DNA of 64,000 nt from contig CAYGSA010000001.1 of NCBI GenBank assembly GCA_964352375.1, positions 26,714-90,713 on the forward strand. The letters run 5' to 3'. This stretch comes from an uncultured Micavibrio sp. GTDB lineage: Bacteria; Pseudomonadota; Alphaproteobacteria; Micavibrionales; Micavibrionaceae. The position numbers were made by a program, and so were the translations under genes. The notes beneath the pieces are model-generated. The model did no database searches and was not told the origin of the DNA. It saw only the letters and a program-made list of their open reading frames with translations. Of the stretch, positions 30,056-40,142 are shown piece by piece; positions within the stretch are counted from its first letter, which is position 1; each line of letters opens with the position of its first letter.

Positions 30056-30856
30056 ATGTTTAATTCCACCACAGATGAAAAAAAAATTAGAGGTTTGAAC
30101 CGTATCGGGCTTTTCACGCTCGTGCGGCGTGAGGTGTTTCGTTTTTTGAATGTTTATACGCAGACCATTATTGCGCCTATGGTTACGACACTGATGTTTT
30201 ATACGGTTTTTGCTTTGGCTTTTGGAGGTGAAAGCCGCATGGTTGGCGATATTCCGTTTCTTGCCTTTTTAGCGCCTGGTTTAATTATGATGACAATGGT
30301 GCAGAATGCGTTTGCCAATACATCTTCCTCGCTTGTCATTTCAAAGGTTCAAGGCAATATCGTTGATGTCTTGATGCCACCACTTTCTGCGCTTGAAATT
30401 TATCTGGGGTATGCGGCAGGGGCTGTTTTGCGCGGTCTTATTGTGGGGGTTTGCACGACTTGTATTCTGTCTTTGTTTGCACCTATCCATATTTATTCTA
30501 TTTTTATTATATTTTCTTTCTCTTTTTTAGGGACATTACTTCTTGGTACTATTGGGATAGCAGCGGGGATTTGGTCTGATAAGTTTGATCATATTGCCGC
30601 AGTTACGAATTTTGTTGTTACTCCGATGACTTTTTTATCTGGGACATTTTACTCTGTTGAACAGTTGCCTGAGTTTTGGCAGATGATGGCCTTTGCTAAC
30701 CCGTTCTTTTACATGATTGATGGTTTTCGATATGGATTTATAGGTCATGCCGATGGGAATATCTTGTTTGGATTATTTTTCCTTTTTTCTTGTAATGCTG
30801 TTCTCGTTTCACTTTCGTATTTTATGATTAAGACAGGGTACAAAATTAAATCATAA
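30056..30856 (+). CDS. ABC-2 type transporter permease (YadH-like)
   Basis: 266 aa with six predicted TM segments. The N-terminal LFTLVRREVFRFLNVYTQTIIAPMVTTLMF is typical of ABC-2 permeases. Confidence 0.75.
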   Translation: MFNSTTDEKKIRGLNRIGLFTLVRREVFRFLNVYTQTIIAPMVTTLMFYTVFALAFGGESRMVGDIPFLAFLAPGLIMMTMVQNAFANTSSSLVISKVQGNIVDVLMPPLSALEIYLGYAAGAVLRGLIVGVCTTCILSLFAPIHIYSIFIIFSFSFLGTLLLGTIGIAAGIWSDKFDHIAAVTNFVVTPMTFLSGTFYSVEQLPEFWQMMAFANPFFYMIDGFRYGFIGHADGNILFGLFFLFSCNAVLVSLSYFMIKTGYKIKS

Positions 30857-31773
30857 TGCCGCAGGATAATTTCACACAACCATTTCAGCTTGAGAGCTCT
30901 CACCTGCGGGGGCGTATTGTTCGTGTGGGCGATGTCCTTGATCAAATTTTGGATGCGCATAATTATCCTTTGCCTGTTGCGCATCTTGTTGCAGAGACAA
31001 CTGTACTTGCGCTTGCCTTGGCGTCGATGATGAAGTACGAGGGGATTTTCACATTACAAGCACAAGGAGACGGACCTGTTCGGATGTTGGTTGCAGATGT
31101 CACGAGCGATGGCGCGGTGCGAGCGTGTGCCTCGTTTGATGAAGAACGTTTCGAGGCGGCACGGGAGAAGCTGGCGGCCCTTAAGACCACAGAAGGCGGC
31201 CAAAACCATTTGGCACAATATTTGGGTAAAGGATATATTGCATTCACGGTTGATCAGGGAAAACATACGGATCGATACCAAGGAATTGTAGAATTGCGCG
31301 GGGCGTCGATGGTTGATTGTGTGCAGCATTATTTTGCACAATCAGAGCAAATTGGTACAGGTATTAAAATGGCTGTTGGGCGTCGTGATGGTGGCTGGCG
31401 CGCGGAGGCAATTATGCTTCAAAATATGCCTGAAGATGGTGTCCAGCCTGTTGGTAACCTTGATGAAGATGATTGGCGCCGTGCCATGATCTTGCTTGAT
31501 AGCTGTACGGACGATGAATTTCTTGCACCTGATATTGGAGCGAATGAGCTATTGCTTCGTTTGTTCCATGAAGAAGGTGTTCGTGTTTATGAGCGCAAAG
31601 ATGTACAGCATAAATGTCGCTGTGATAGGAATCGTGTTCAGAATATCTTGTTTAGCATGGGCGCGGATGACATAAGGGAAGCGAGTATTGATGGCCAAAT
31701 TGAGATGGTTTGCGAATTTTGTAGCCATGCCTATCTTTTCGAAGAAAAGGTTATTTTGGGCATTAAAAAGTAA
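30856..31773 (+). CDS. hslO: Hsp33 family redox-regulated chaperone
   Basis: C-terminal zinc centre CRCDRNRV...CEFCSHAYLF. The N-terminal LRGRIVRVGDVLDQIL is also consistent. Confidence 0.9.
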   Translation: MPQDNFTQPFQLESSHLRGRIVRVGDVLDQILDAHNYPLPVAHLVAETTVLALALASMMKYEGIFTLQAQGDGPVRMLVADVTSDGAVRACASFDEERFEAAREKLAALKTTEGGQNHLAQYLGKGYIAFTVDQGKHTDRYQGIVELRGASMVDCVQHYFAQSEQIGTGIKMAVGRRDGGWRAEAIMLQNMPEDGVQPVGNLDEDDWRRAMILLDSCTDDEFLAPDIGANELLLRLFHEEGVRVYERKDVQHKCRCDRNRVQNILFSMGADDIREASIDGQIEMVCEFCSHAYLFEEKVILGIKK

Positions 31774-34336
31774 TTGTCTCGTTTACCGTTTTTCTGGACG
31801 TTACACGATCTGGCGGAAATATTATTGTAACTGTTGTACCTATTGATTTTTCTGACATTATTTCCAAGCGCCCATCATGAATTTTCATGATCGCTTGTGC
31901 AAGAGGCAGACCCAAGCCTGTCCCTGAACCAGATCGATCTAGGGCATTATCAACTTGGCCAAATGCAGAGAGCGCTTTTTTGACTTCCATTTCTGTCATA
32001 CCGACGCCCGTGTCTGTGCATGATAACCTGAATGTTCCGTCAGAATCATAGTTTGTAAATAATGTTATACGCCCATCTTTTGGTGTATATTTCATAGCAT
32101 TTGAGAGGACATTGCCAATCACTTGTTTAATTGCGAGTTCCTCCGCTTTCATAATAGGCATAGAGGCATCATTGATAACTATAATATTTTTTTCTCCAAA
32201 ATTACTTCTTTGTAAATCCAGACAGTTTTGTAGAATGTTTTGGCTATCAAATTCACTTTCATTAAGTTCTCGATTTCCTGATTCTATTTTTGAAATATCG
32301 AGAATCTCATTAATAATTTTCAGCAAGCTTTGCCCGCTGGAGTTAATGTCTGCGGCATAGTCTTTATATGACTCTTGGCCTAGTGGTCCCATTACTTCTT
32401 TTTGTAAGATATCAGAAAACCCGATAATTGCATTTAAAGGGGTACGAAGCTCATGACTCATATTTGCAATAAACTCTGTCTTGGCACGGCTTGCAAGGTC
32501 AGATTCAATTTTAGCTTCCATGAGGGCTATATCCGCTTGTTTTCGCTGCGTTATGTCTTCCATAGACCCTTCAAAATAAAGGATATTGTTATGCTCATCA
32601 CGAACAATGCGTACGTTCTCCCTTACCCATATTTTTGTTCTATCTTTTCTGAACACCTCGGTTTCATGACCCTCCAGATGATCTTGTTTTATCAGTGTTT
32701 CTATAAAACCCCGACGATCTTCTGGATTTGCGTATACTGTTCCGTTTGCATTTTTAACCATGCGCAAAATTTCTTCTGGGGTGTTATAGCCTAAAATCCT
32801 TGCCATAGCAGGATTTGCGCTGAGGTATAGCCCTTCGGGTGTGAGTTGATATAACCCCCCAGCTGCGTTTTCAACAATTGTTCTGTATTTTTTTTCTGCT
32901 TCCGCCAAAGCGCGTTCTGCTCGGCGACGTTCTTCAACATCAGTTATCGTCCCAACAATTCTCAGATTTTTATTCTCATCTTTTCTGATCATAGATACGG
33001 CAAGCTCTACGGCTCTAAATGTCCCATCTGCTATTCGTAGGCGCGTAAATGATCTGTAAGCTTGCTTTTGCCCTTTCATTAAAAGACTGAAGTCTTCTTG
33101 CTGTTTTGACTGATCTTCCGGATATAGCATCGTAAACATGTTGTTGTTTATTGAGCGTTCAGTTGTAAACCCTGTTATATTTTGCCATGCAGCACTGAGG
33201 AACAAGATATTCCCTTCCTCGTCTACCTCGAATATAACATCGCTCACGGCATCTATAATTGCGCGGTTATCTTTTTCTGATACCATAAGCACGTCGTTTA
33301 AGCGTTGGCGCTCAGAAACCTCTAGCTGCAATTCGTTGTTTTTTTGTTCCAACTTTTTATTAATGAGCGCAAGTTTTTTAGACTGGTTTTGATTGTTTCG
33401 GATGAATAATGTTCCAACAAGCGTGAGTATTAGACCAAAAAGCAAAATTATATAGGGCACACGGGCGAGCAGAGAAATATCTTTTCGTTCACTAAGCTCC
33501 ATGGATACTTGCCATTCTGCATCAGCAACATAAAAATTAAAGTTTTGGACCAACCATACATTTATATTTTCTTTTTGTTCTTTTCTCTCAGCAGGATTTT
33601 CATCCAAATAAAATAAACGCTGGTCGTTTTGCGCATTTTTCATTCTTAGACGAGCAATCAGCTTTTCTTCCGCGTTCATATTTAAGTCAAAAAGAACAGA
33701 AGGCCTACTTACTCCTATTATTATTCCTAGTTTTGAATTTCCTGGTTCTATTGTTTTCAAAAGGGAAAACCCACGTTCCATTATATATGGCTTAATGCTT
33801 TGTTCGGCGTATTCCATGCCTGCAAAATCCGACCTTATAATCAAATCACGTTCATTAAACATTTTTTCAGTTACGATGCGCGTTATAAATTGCTTATCTG
33901 GCTTGAGATTATATTTTCTATTTAGCCCTTCTTCTATAGCGACATTGGCAAAAATCGTTTTGTACTTCCAGTTTCCGGGGCTTTCTTCATATAACCAAAT
34001 TAATTGGTCAAATTTACTTAAATTCGGAATGTTTCGCCTTATCTTTTCTGACAGCATTTCTTTATTCAGGTCTTTTGAGAGCAATAAAACCGTGGAGACG
34101 AGACGCATTGAGTTTTCTAATTGTGTGATGTTTTTGGAAATAACACGCCCAGCATCTTCGGATATTTTTTTATACTCATCATTTGCGATAGTGTGCGTGT
34201 AATAACTAAAAACAAAGAAAGCTGTAAGGGTAAGAATAAGGCCATTCACGGCGACAACAGCTTGCGCTAGACTGGAGTTAAGCCATGAGCCTTTAAGTCT
34301 TGTCGTTTTTATTTCATGCTGCTTATTGTTTGGCAT
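31763..34336 (-). CDS. PAS-domain sensor histidine kinase with a large periplasmic sensor region (PleC/DivJ-type HisKA)
   Basis: 857 aa. Two TM segments flank a region of about 270 aa. There are at least two PAS-like segments. H-box FIANMSHELRTPLNAIIGFSD, plus N, G1 (DTGVGM) and G2 (GTGLGL) boxes. Confidence 0.85.
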   Translation of the reverse strand: MPNNKQHEIKTTRLKGSWLNSSLAQAVVAVNGLILTLTAFFVFSYYTHTIANDEYKKISEDAGRVISKNITQLENSMRLVSTVLLLSKDLNKEMLSEKIRRNIPNLSKFDQLIWLYEESPGNWKYKTIFANVAIEEGLNRKYNLKPDKQFITRIVTEKMFNERDLIIRSDFAGMEYAEQSIKPYIMERGFSLLKTIEPGNSKLGIIIGVSRPSVLFDLNMNAEEKLIARLRMKNAQNDQRLFYLDENPAERKEQKENINVWLVQNFNFYVADAEWQVSMELSERKDISLLARVPYIILLFGLILTLVGTLFIRNNQNQSKKLALINKKLEQKNNELQLEVSERQRLNDVLMVSEKDNRAIIDAVSDVIFEVDEEGNILFLSAAWQNITGFTTERSINNNMFTMLYPEDQSKQQEDFSLLMKGQKQAYRSFTRLRIADGTFRAVELAVSMIRKDENKNLRIVGTITDVEERRRAERALAEAEKKYRTIVENAAGGLYQLTPEGLYLSANPAMARILGYNTPEEILRMVKNANGTVYANPEDRRGFIETLIKQDHLEGHETEVFRKDRTKIWVRENVRIVRDEHNNILYFEGSMEDITQRKQADIALMEAKIESDLASRAKTEFIANMSHELRTPLNAIIGFSDILQKEVMGPLGQESYKDYAADINSSGQSLLKIINEILDISKIESGNRELNESEFDSQNILQNCLDLQRSNFGEKNIIVINDASMPIMKAEELAIKQVIGNVLSNAMKYTPKDGRITLFTNYDSDGTFRLSCTDTGVGMTEMEVKKALSAFGQVDNALDRSGSGTGLGLPLAQAIMKIHDGRLEIMSEKSIGTTVTIIFPPDRVTSRKTVNETITF

Positions 34337-34450
34337 TCTTTGCTTGTTTTTATAGTTGCTTCATTTTCTTTGAGTAACTTTTTAATGTTAGCATTTTTTG
34401 TCGATTGCATTCGAATTTAATTTATAAAGCGTGGAATAAGTTGTTATCAA

Positions 34451-35794
34451 TCAATATGGCAGTACTATGTGCACTGCTAGACCGCCGTGGTCGCTTTTAT
34501 CTAGCCATATCTCACCGCCATGTGCATGGATTATGTCCATAGCTATGGGCATACCGAGACCAATGCCACCGGTGTTTTGGTTTCTTGATTCTTCTATTCG
34601 GTAGAAAGGCCTGAAGACTTCTTCATATTTATCTGGGGCAATTCCTGGGCCGTTATCCTCGATTATGATTTTAATGCTATCATTTTCTTGTCGGAGCGTT
34701 ATCCAGATGAATTCAGAGAATTTTGTCGCGTTACTGACGATGTTCATTAAGGCTCTTTTAAACGCGGTTTCTCGAAGCGATATTGAGGGATTTAAATCAT
34801 TTAACTCTAGTTTAGCATCACACCCCTGACGCTTTGCAGACATAATTATTTCTTTTAAGAGGTTGGCGATATAAATATATTTAGATCTTTCTTTTCCCTG
34901 CCCACGCACAAAATTAAGATAGCCTTCAATCATTTTTTCCATGTCGGCGACATCTTTTTTCATTTCGTAAATATCAGGGCTGTCGCCCAGCATCGAGATT
35001 TGAAGCTTTAATCGCGTTAGCGGTGTTCTGAGATCATGTGAAACGCCAGCGAGCATGTCTGTGCGCTGAGATATCTGGCGTTGAATCCGCGTTTTCATAT
35101 CGAGAAACGCTTGTCCTGCTTGCCTGACTTCATTTGCTCCTTCAATCTTAAAGTTCCTTACTTCTCTTCCTTTTCCTAAGCGCTCTGCAGCTATGGCAAG
35201 CCTGCGGATAGGGCGGATTTGATTGCGCATGAAAAGGACGGCAATAACGAGTAAAACCATTGATGCTGCAAAGACCCATAGGAGGAAGATATACGTTGTT
35301 GAAGAAAATAACCTACGCTGCGGCAGAGAGACGTTGAGAATACCATTTTCTAGCTGCACACGGATTTCAATCCATTTCTCCTGAAAATCAACATTCACGG
35401 CATATGGTTTATTTAGTGTTTGAGATAGCTCGTGAGAGAGTGTTGCTAAAATCATAGCCTCCCAGCCCACATTTGAACTTTCATTTATACCCTTTTGATT
35501 TAGTATTTCGCCTTCTTTGTATGTTGAGAGTAGATTTAAACTTTCTTCTGCAGCATTAATCAGTTCATTAATCTCTTCTTTATCCTCTGACTTTTCAATA
35601 AAATCAGACAATAATTTTACTTCCCCTGCAACAGCAAAGGCCAGACGTGATGTCATTTTGGTCCAGTGCCTGTCAAAAAATAAATATGTTGATATGATTT
35701 GCAGTAAAAATATAGGGATGATCAAAATAAGCAGTGATCTGAAGAACAATGTTTGCGGGAGAACGCTTTTTATTAAGCTGCGTTTTTTTTTCAT
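34451..35794 (-). CDS. envZ: HAMP-domain sensor histidine kinase, EnvZ-like
   Basis: H-box MLAGVSHDLRTPLTRLKL closely resembles EnvZ. Two TM segments, a HAMP domain (IRPIRRLAIAAERLGKG), and G-boxes DNGPGI / GGIGLGM are present. Confidence 0.65.
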   Translation of the reverse strand: MKKKRSLIKSVLPQTLFFRSLLILIIPIFLLQIISTYLFFDRHWTKMTSRLAFAVAGEVKLLSDFIEKSEDKEEINELINAAEESLNLLSTYKEGEILNQKGINESSNVGWEAMILATLSHELSQTLNKPYAVNVDFQEKWIEIRVQLENGILNVSLPQRRLFSSTTYIFLLWVFAASMVLLVIAVLFMRNQIRPIRRLAIAAERLGKGREVRNFKIEGANEVRQAGQAFLDMKTRIQRQISQRTDMLAGVSHDLRTPLTRLKLQISMLGDSPDIYEMKKDVADMEKMIEGYLNFVRGQGKERSKYIYIANLLKEIIMSAKRQGCDAKLELNDLNPSISLRETAFKRALMNIVSNATKFSEFIWITLRQENDSIKIIIEDNGPGIAPDKYEEVFRPFYRIEESRNQNTGGIGLGMPIAMDIIHAHGGEIWLDKSDHGGLAVHIVLPY

Positions 35795-36520
35795 TTATGC
35801 CTCTTTTGCGCGCAGAATATATCCTTTGCCGCGCACTGTTTGAAGGTAGCGCGGAAATTTGGTATTTTCCTCGATTTTACGACGCAAGCGTGTGACTTGC
35901 ACGTCTATTGTGCGCTCTCCTGCACTTAAGTTACACCGTTTTGCCAGTTCTTCACGGCTCACCACTTCTCCAAAAGATTCACATAGGGCACGTAAAAGAC
36001 CTGCCTCAACGGACGTTAGATCTATGACGTCTTTATCATGTGAAATTTCGTCATGACGGGAATCAAAATGCCATTTTCCGATGGTGTATATGTTAGTCTC
36101 ATTCTGGGGTTTACGTGTTCGTTTTAGAATAGCATGAAGTCTTAGAGCAAGCTCCTTTGGTTCGAACGGCTTTGTGAGATAGTCATCCGCGCCAGATTCA
36201 AAGCCTGTAATACGGTCATCAATTTCCCCTAGCGCAGTAAGGAGGAGAATGGGAACGTCTTTGCCCTGCTCCCGAAGTTTTGCGGTCATCTCCATGCCCG
36301 TCATTTCAGGCATCATAACATCCAAGACCAATGCGTCTACATCATAGAATTCAAGCGCTTTGATGGCTTCTTTTGCGCTGTTTGCTGTCAATGTAATGAA
36401 GCCTTGCTCTCGCAGGAACCGTGACACTAATTCCGATATACGCACATCGTCATCCACAACCATAATATGAGGTTTGTCCACGTGTTTTTGCTGTAATTGA
36501 TCTGTCATTTTATGGTTCAC
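35795..36520 (-). CDS. ompR: OmpR-family response regulator
   Basis: Shows IMVVDDDVRISELVSRFLREQGF, the receiver Asp in LVLDVMMPEMTG, and the winged-helix TVRGKGYIL. Its stop codon abuts the kinase start codon. Confidence 0.7.
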   Translation of the reverse strand: MNHKMTDQLQQKHVDKPHIMVVDDDVRISELVSRFLREQGFITLTANSAKEAIKALEFYDVDALVLDVMMPEMTGMEMTAKLREQGKDVPILLLTALGEIDDRITGFESGADDYLTKPFEPKELALRLHAILKRTRKPQNETNIYTIGKWHFDSRHDEISHDKDVIDLTSVEAGLLRALCESFGEVVSREELAKRCNLSAGERTIDVQVTRLRRKIEENTKFPRYLQTVRGKGYILRAKEA

Positions 36521-36575
36521 AAATTATCTGCTTTGTGGTTTATCTTATAGAAGAACAATAAGATAAGGAAGAACG

Positions 36576-37451
36576 ATGTCGATACTGCCTTTTGATGAGC
36601 GGGATGGTTTTATTTGGTTAAACGGTGAAATGATGCCTTGGCGCGAGGCTAAAATTCATGTGATGTCACATGGTTTGCATTATGCCAGCTCTGTTTTTGA
36701 GGGTGAGCGGATGTATAATGGCAAGATTTTCAAGAGCCGCGAGCATTCGGAACGATTTCATAAATCAGCATCTTTGCTTGGTATGAACCCAATACCTTAC
36801 AGTATTGATGAATTGGAGGACATCAAATATGCCGTGTGTAAGGAGAATGACTTGACCGATGCGTATGTGCGCCCGATTGCGTGGCGCGGCGGTGAGCAAA
36901 TGGGTGTTTCGGCAAAGCTGACAAAGACCCATGTCGCGGTGGCGGCGTGGCATTGGGGTACGTATTTCGATGAAACCAAACGTGATCAAGGCATTACGCT
37001 CAAAACATCGCCATGGAGGCGTCCCGACCCATTAACCGCGCCAACGCAAAGTAAGGCGGCGGGACTTTATATGATTAATACTATGTCCAAACATGCCGTT
37101 GAGGATGAGGGCTTTGATGATGCCTTGATGCTGGATTATCGTGGAAATGTTGCTGAGGCGTCTGCGGCTAATTTTTTTGCAGTTAAAGATAGTACGTTGA
37201 TTACACCAGAGCCTGATTGCTTTTTGAACGGTCTGACGCGTCAAACTGTTATTGATCTTGCTAAAAAGCATAACATTCCGCTTGAGATTCGTTTTATCAG
37301 GCCTGAAGAGCTTGGAGAGTTTGACGAAATTTTTGTAACAGGTACGGCGGCAGAAGTTACGGCTGTTGGGCAGATTGATGATCATCACTATACAGTTGGC
37401 CCTATTACGAAGACATTGCGCGGCGCATATGAAGCGTTGGTGCGGGATTAA
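36576..37451 (+). CDS. ilvE: Branched-chain amino acid aminotransferase
   Basis: 291 aa, fold-type IV PLP enzyme. Shows HGLHYASSVFEGERMY, AAGLYMIN, and EIFVTGTAAEVT. Confidence 0.9.
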   Translation: MSILPFDERDGFIWLNGEMMPWREAKIHVMSHGLHYASSVFEGERMYNGKIFKSREHSERFHKSASLLGMNPIPYSIDELEDIKYAVCKENDLTDAYVRPIAWRGGEQMGVSAKLTKTHVAVAAWHWGTYFDETKRDQGITLKTSPWRRPDPLTAPTQSKAAGLYMINTMSKHAVEDEGFDDALMLDYRGNVAEASAANFFAVKDSTLITPEPDCFLNGLTRQTVIDLAKKHNIPLEIRFIRPEELGEFDEIFVTGTAAEVTAVGQIDDHHYTVGPITKTLRGAYEALVRD

Positions 37452-38365
37452 GATTGCTCTAGGTCTGCTTGTACTTCTGGGCTTTGCTGTGCAATAAATC
37501 CGAATTGTCTTTCAAATTCATGATTACGCTTGCTCTGATCCAGCCCCGGTGTTGTTAGCATTGCAACATAAACGTCATTAAGCGTAACATTACTAAGCGC
37601 GTCATTTTCATTCGTCGCATTGCGCGTCATGTCACTTTGGATTTCAATAATTGCGTGGGCGATACGGCCGAACATACGATCAAAAGCCGGGCTATCTGTG
37701 GGGATACGTGGTATGTCTTGATACGTCTGAACCTGACCGTCAACTTCATACTCACTTCCGTCTTTGATAGAGTTCATCCATAATACAGGGTCAACTGACA
37801 TTATATTCGCTGTGCCAAGCGACATTTGATCCACGCCTAATTTTCTCATATATGTGGCACATGCTTCATTGGTTATTTTTCTGTCGTCATGTTCAAATTC
37901 CTGCCTAACTTGTTCCATAGTTTTACCCTGCTCTCTACCAAGGTAAAATGCTGACTTGTTTCCCTCATCTCCCATTCGTCTCAAAACAGTGTAATTCTCT
38001 TCTGCACCTTGCTTAATTATGGCTTTTACTTCGGCAGTGGTTTCATACTGTTTTTGGGAAAAAGTTACATGTTTAAGCGTATTTTCGACAGCCACCACAA
38101 TTTGCTCTATCTCCATGCTTCCTTGATATTTGGATTCAGTAATTATTCGATCCATTTCAGGGTCTGACATTCCCAGAATTGCAGATAAATATACAAAATG
38201 GTGAGAGGCTCCGTGCGTCTCGACATCAAAGCCATGCTGCAAATTCCATACATTCTCTTGATGATAGTTAGCCTCAAGTAAGGTTAATTTCGCCTTACCA
38301 GCATATTCATCTTCATGCCCCATCAGCCCTTTTGCGATACCATCAAATGTTTCTTGTCTTGACAT
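37448..38365 (-). CDS. Hypothetical protein (no recognisable domain)
   Basis: 305-aa ORF with no signal peptide or TM segment. It fills the whole gap between ilvE and ychF. No motif recognised. Confidence 0.5.
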   Translation of the reverse strand: MSRQETFDGIAKGLMGHEDEYAGKAKLTLLEANYHQENVWNLQHGFDVETHGASHHFVYLSAILGMSDPEMDRIITESKYQGSMEIEQIVVAVENTLKHVTFSQKQYETTAEVKAIIKQGAEENYTVLRRMGDEGNKSAFYLGREQGKTMEQVRQEFEHDDRKITNEACATYMRKLGVDQMSLGTANIMSVDPVLWMNSIKDGSEYEVDGQVQTYQDIPRIPTDSPAFDRMFGRIAHAIIEIQSDMTRNATNENDALSNVTLNDVYVAMLTTPGLDQSKRNHEFERQFGFIAQQSPEVQADLEQS

Positions 38366-38396
38366 ATTTTTAGAATAATTTCAAATGTAACTTATG

Positions 38397-39500
38397 TCAA
38401 ACATTGAATCGGAAAAGGATAATATCGCCGTCTTTGACGACATACTCTTTTCCTTCTTGGCGCATTTTTCCAGTGTCTTTTGCGCCCTGCTCGCCTTTGC
38501 AGGCGATGAAGTCATCATAGGCGATTGTTTCGGCCTTGATGAAGCCTTTTTCGAAGTCGGTGTGGATTACTCCGGCGGCTTGCGGGGCTTTGACGCCAAC
38601 CGGGGTTGTCCAAGCGCGGGTTTCTTTTGGTCCTGCAGTGAAATAGGTTTGGAGTTGGAGCAATTTATAGCCTGCACGGATAATACGATTTAGACCCGGC
38701 TCAGTTAGACCAATAGTTTCGAGAAATTCTTTTTTTTCTTCGGCGCTGTCGAGTTGTGCGATTTCAGATTCAATTGAGGCACATATGATGACGCTTCCTG
38801 CACCTTGCGCGGAGGCCATGTCTGCGACCTTTTTGGTCAAATCATTTCCATTTTCTGCGTCATCCTCGGATACGTTGCACACATAGAGAATTGGCTTGGC
38901 GGTCATAAGCTGTGCCATTTTTTGCCATTTTTCTTCGTCTTCGTCGCTTGGATCGACTGTGAGAGCAGGCTTGCCGTTTTCTAATGCCTCTTTGATTTTT
39001 GTGAGGAAATCAATTTGTGCAAGGATCTCTTTATCGCCAGACCGACCCTTTTTTTGGAGGTTTTCAACCTGTTTGGTTATGCTTTCCAGATCTGCGAGCA
39101 TCAGTTCGGTTTCAATTGTCTCAACGTCGCGAAGCGGGTCAACGGAGCCTTCGACATGGTGAATGTCACTGTTTTCGAAACAGCGTACAACATGGATAAT
39201 GGCATCGGTTTCCCGTATATTAGTCAGGAATTTATTTCCAAGCCCTTCTCCCTGTGATGCGCCCTTCACAAGGCCCGCGATATCGACGAATTCAAGTTGA
39301 GCAGGCAAAATATTTGCGGAGCCTGCAATTGTGGCGATTGAATCAAGTCGTTCATCTGGCACGGCAACGCGGCCTACATTTGGTTCGATCGTGCAAAAGG
39401 GAAAGTTCTCAGCTTGCGCCGCAGCTGTGGCCGTTAAGGCATTGAATAAAGTTGATTTTCCGACGTTAGGCAGTCCCACAATTCCGCATTTAAATCCCAT
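38397..39500 (-). CDS. ychF: Redox-regulated ATPase YchF
   Basis: Shows [30 protein letters not shown], and a C-terminal TGS-like region ending [12 protein letters not shown]. Confidence 0.96.
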   Translation of the reverse strand: MGFKCGIVGLPNVGKSTLFNALTATAAAQAENFPFCTIEPNVGRVAVPDERLDSIATIAGSANILPAQLEFVDIAGLVKGASQGEGLGNKFLTNIRETDAIIHVVRCFENSDIHHVEGSVDPLRDVETIETELMLADLESITKQVENLQKKGRSGDKEILAQIDFLTKIKEALENGKPALTVDPSDEDEEKWQKMAQLMTAKPILYVCNVSEDDAENGNDLTKKVADMASAQGAGSVIICASIESEIAQLDSAEEKKEFLETIGLTEPGLNRIIRAGYKLLQLQTYFTAGPKETRAWTTPVGVKAPQAAGVIHTDFEKGFIKAETIAYDDFIACKGEQGAKDTGKMRQEGKEYVVKDGDIILFRFNV

Positions 39501-40063
39501 TATAGTTTTCCTTTTTCTTTCACGTATTTGCCGTATTCTTCTGGTGAGTCTTTGATAATCATTTCCGATGCATCAGACAAGGTGTCAATTAATGTCTCTA
39601 ACCAGTTTTGCTCGGCTTTTGCGAAATCACTGAGGACATAATTGCTGACATCGCCCTCTCCCTGTGGTCTACCGATGCCGATTCGCACGCGCCAAAAATC
39701 AGGTGTTCCAAGGTGTGCTTGAATTGATTTTAGGCCGTTATGCCCAGCATTGCCGCCACCTTTTTTGACGCGAACTTCTCCCGGCTTTAGGTCTAGCTCA
39801 TCGTGAAACACAATTACGCGTTCTGGTGGGATTTTGTAGAATTTTGTGCATTTTCCGACAGCTTTTCCAGATTCATTCATATAAGTCAAAGGCTTAACGA
39901 GAATCACTTTCTCTGCGCCAATGCGTTTTTCTGTCATGTCACCTTGGAATTTTAATTTAAAAGAGGACATGTCGGCGATTGCATCAATCACCATAAAGCC
40001 AATATTATGGCGGTTGTTTTTATATTTATTCCCCGGATTACCCAGCCCGACAAACAACCACAT
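39500..40063 (-). CDS. pth: Peptidyl-tRNA hydrolase
   Basis: Shows [24 protein letters not shown]...[11 protein letters not shown]. The start is set at ATG 40063. The ORF-track extension to 40291 is K/R-rich and overlaps rplY. Confidence 0.93.
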   Translation of the reverse strand: MWLFVGLGNPGNKYKNNRHNIGFMVIDAIADMSSFKLKFQGDMTEKRIGAEKVILVKPLTYMNESGKAVGKCTKFYKIPPERVIVFHDELDLKPGEVRVKKGGGNAGHNGLKSIQAHLGTPDFWRVRIGIGRPQGEGDVSNYVLSDFAKAEQNWLETLIDTLSDASEMIIKDSPEEYGKYVKEKGKL

Positions 40064-40083
40064 CGCTCTATCCTCTTGGTTTT

Positions 40084-40112
40084 GTGAAATAAAAAGAGCC
40101 TCAGCGGCTCTT
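40084..40112 (-). terminator. Rho-independent terminator/attenuator between rplY and pth
   Basis: The minus strand reads AAGAGCC-GCTGA-GGCTCTT followed by TTTATTT: a 7-bp perfect stem (40112-40106 / 40100-40094) with a 5-nt loop. Confidence 0.6.
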
Positions 40113-40142
40113 CTCAAAAAATTTAGCATTGCCGTAAAGCCT

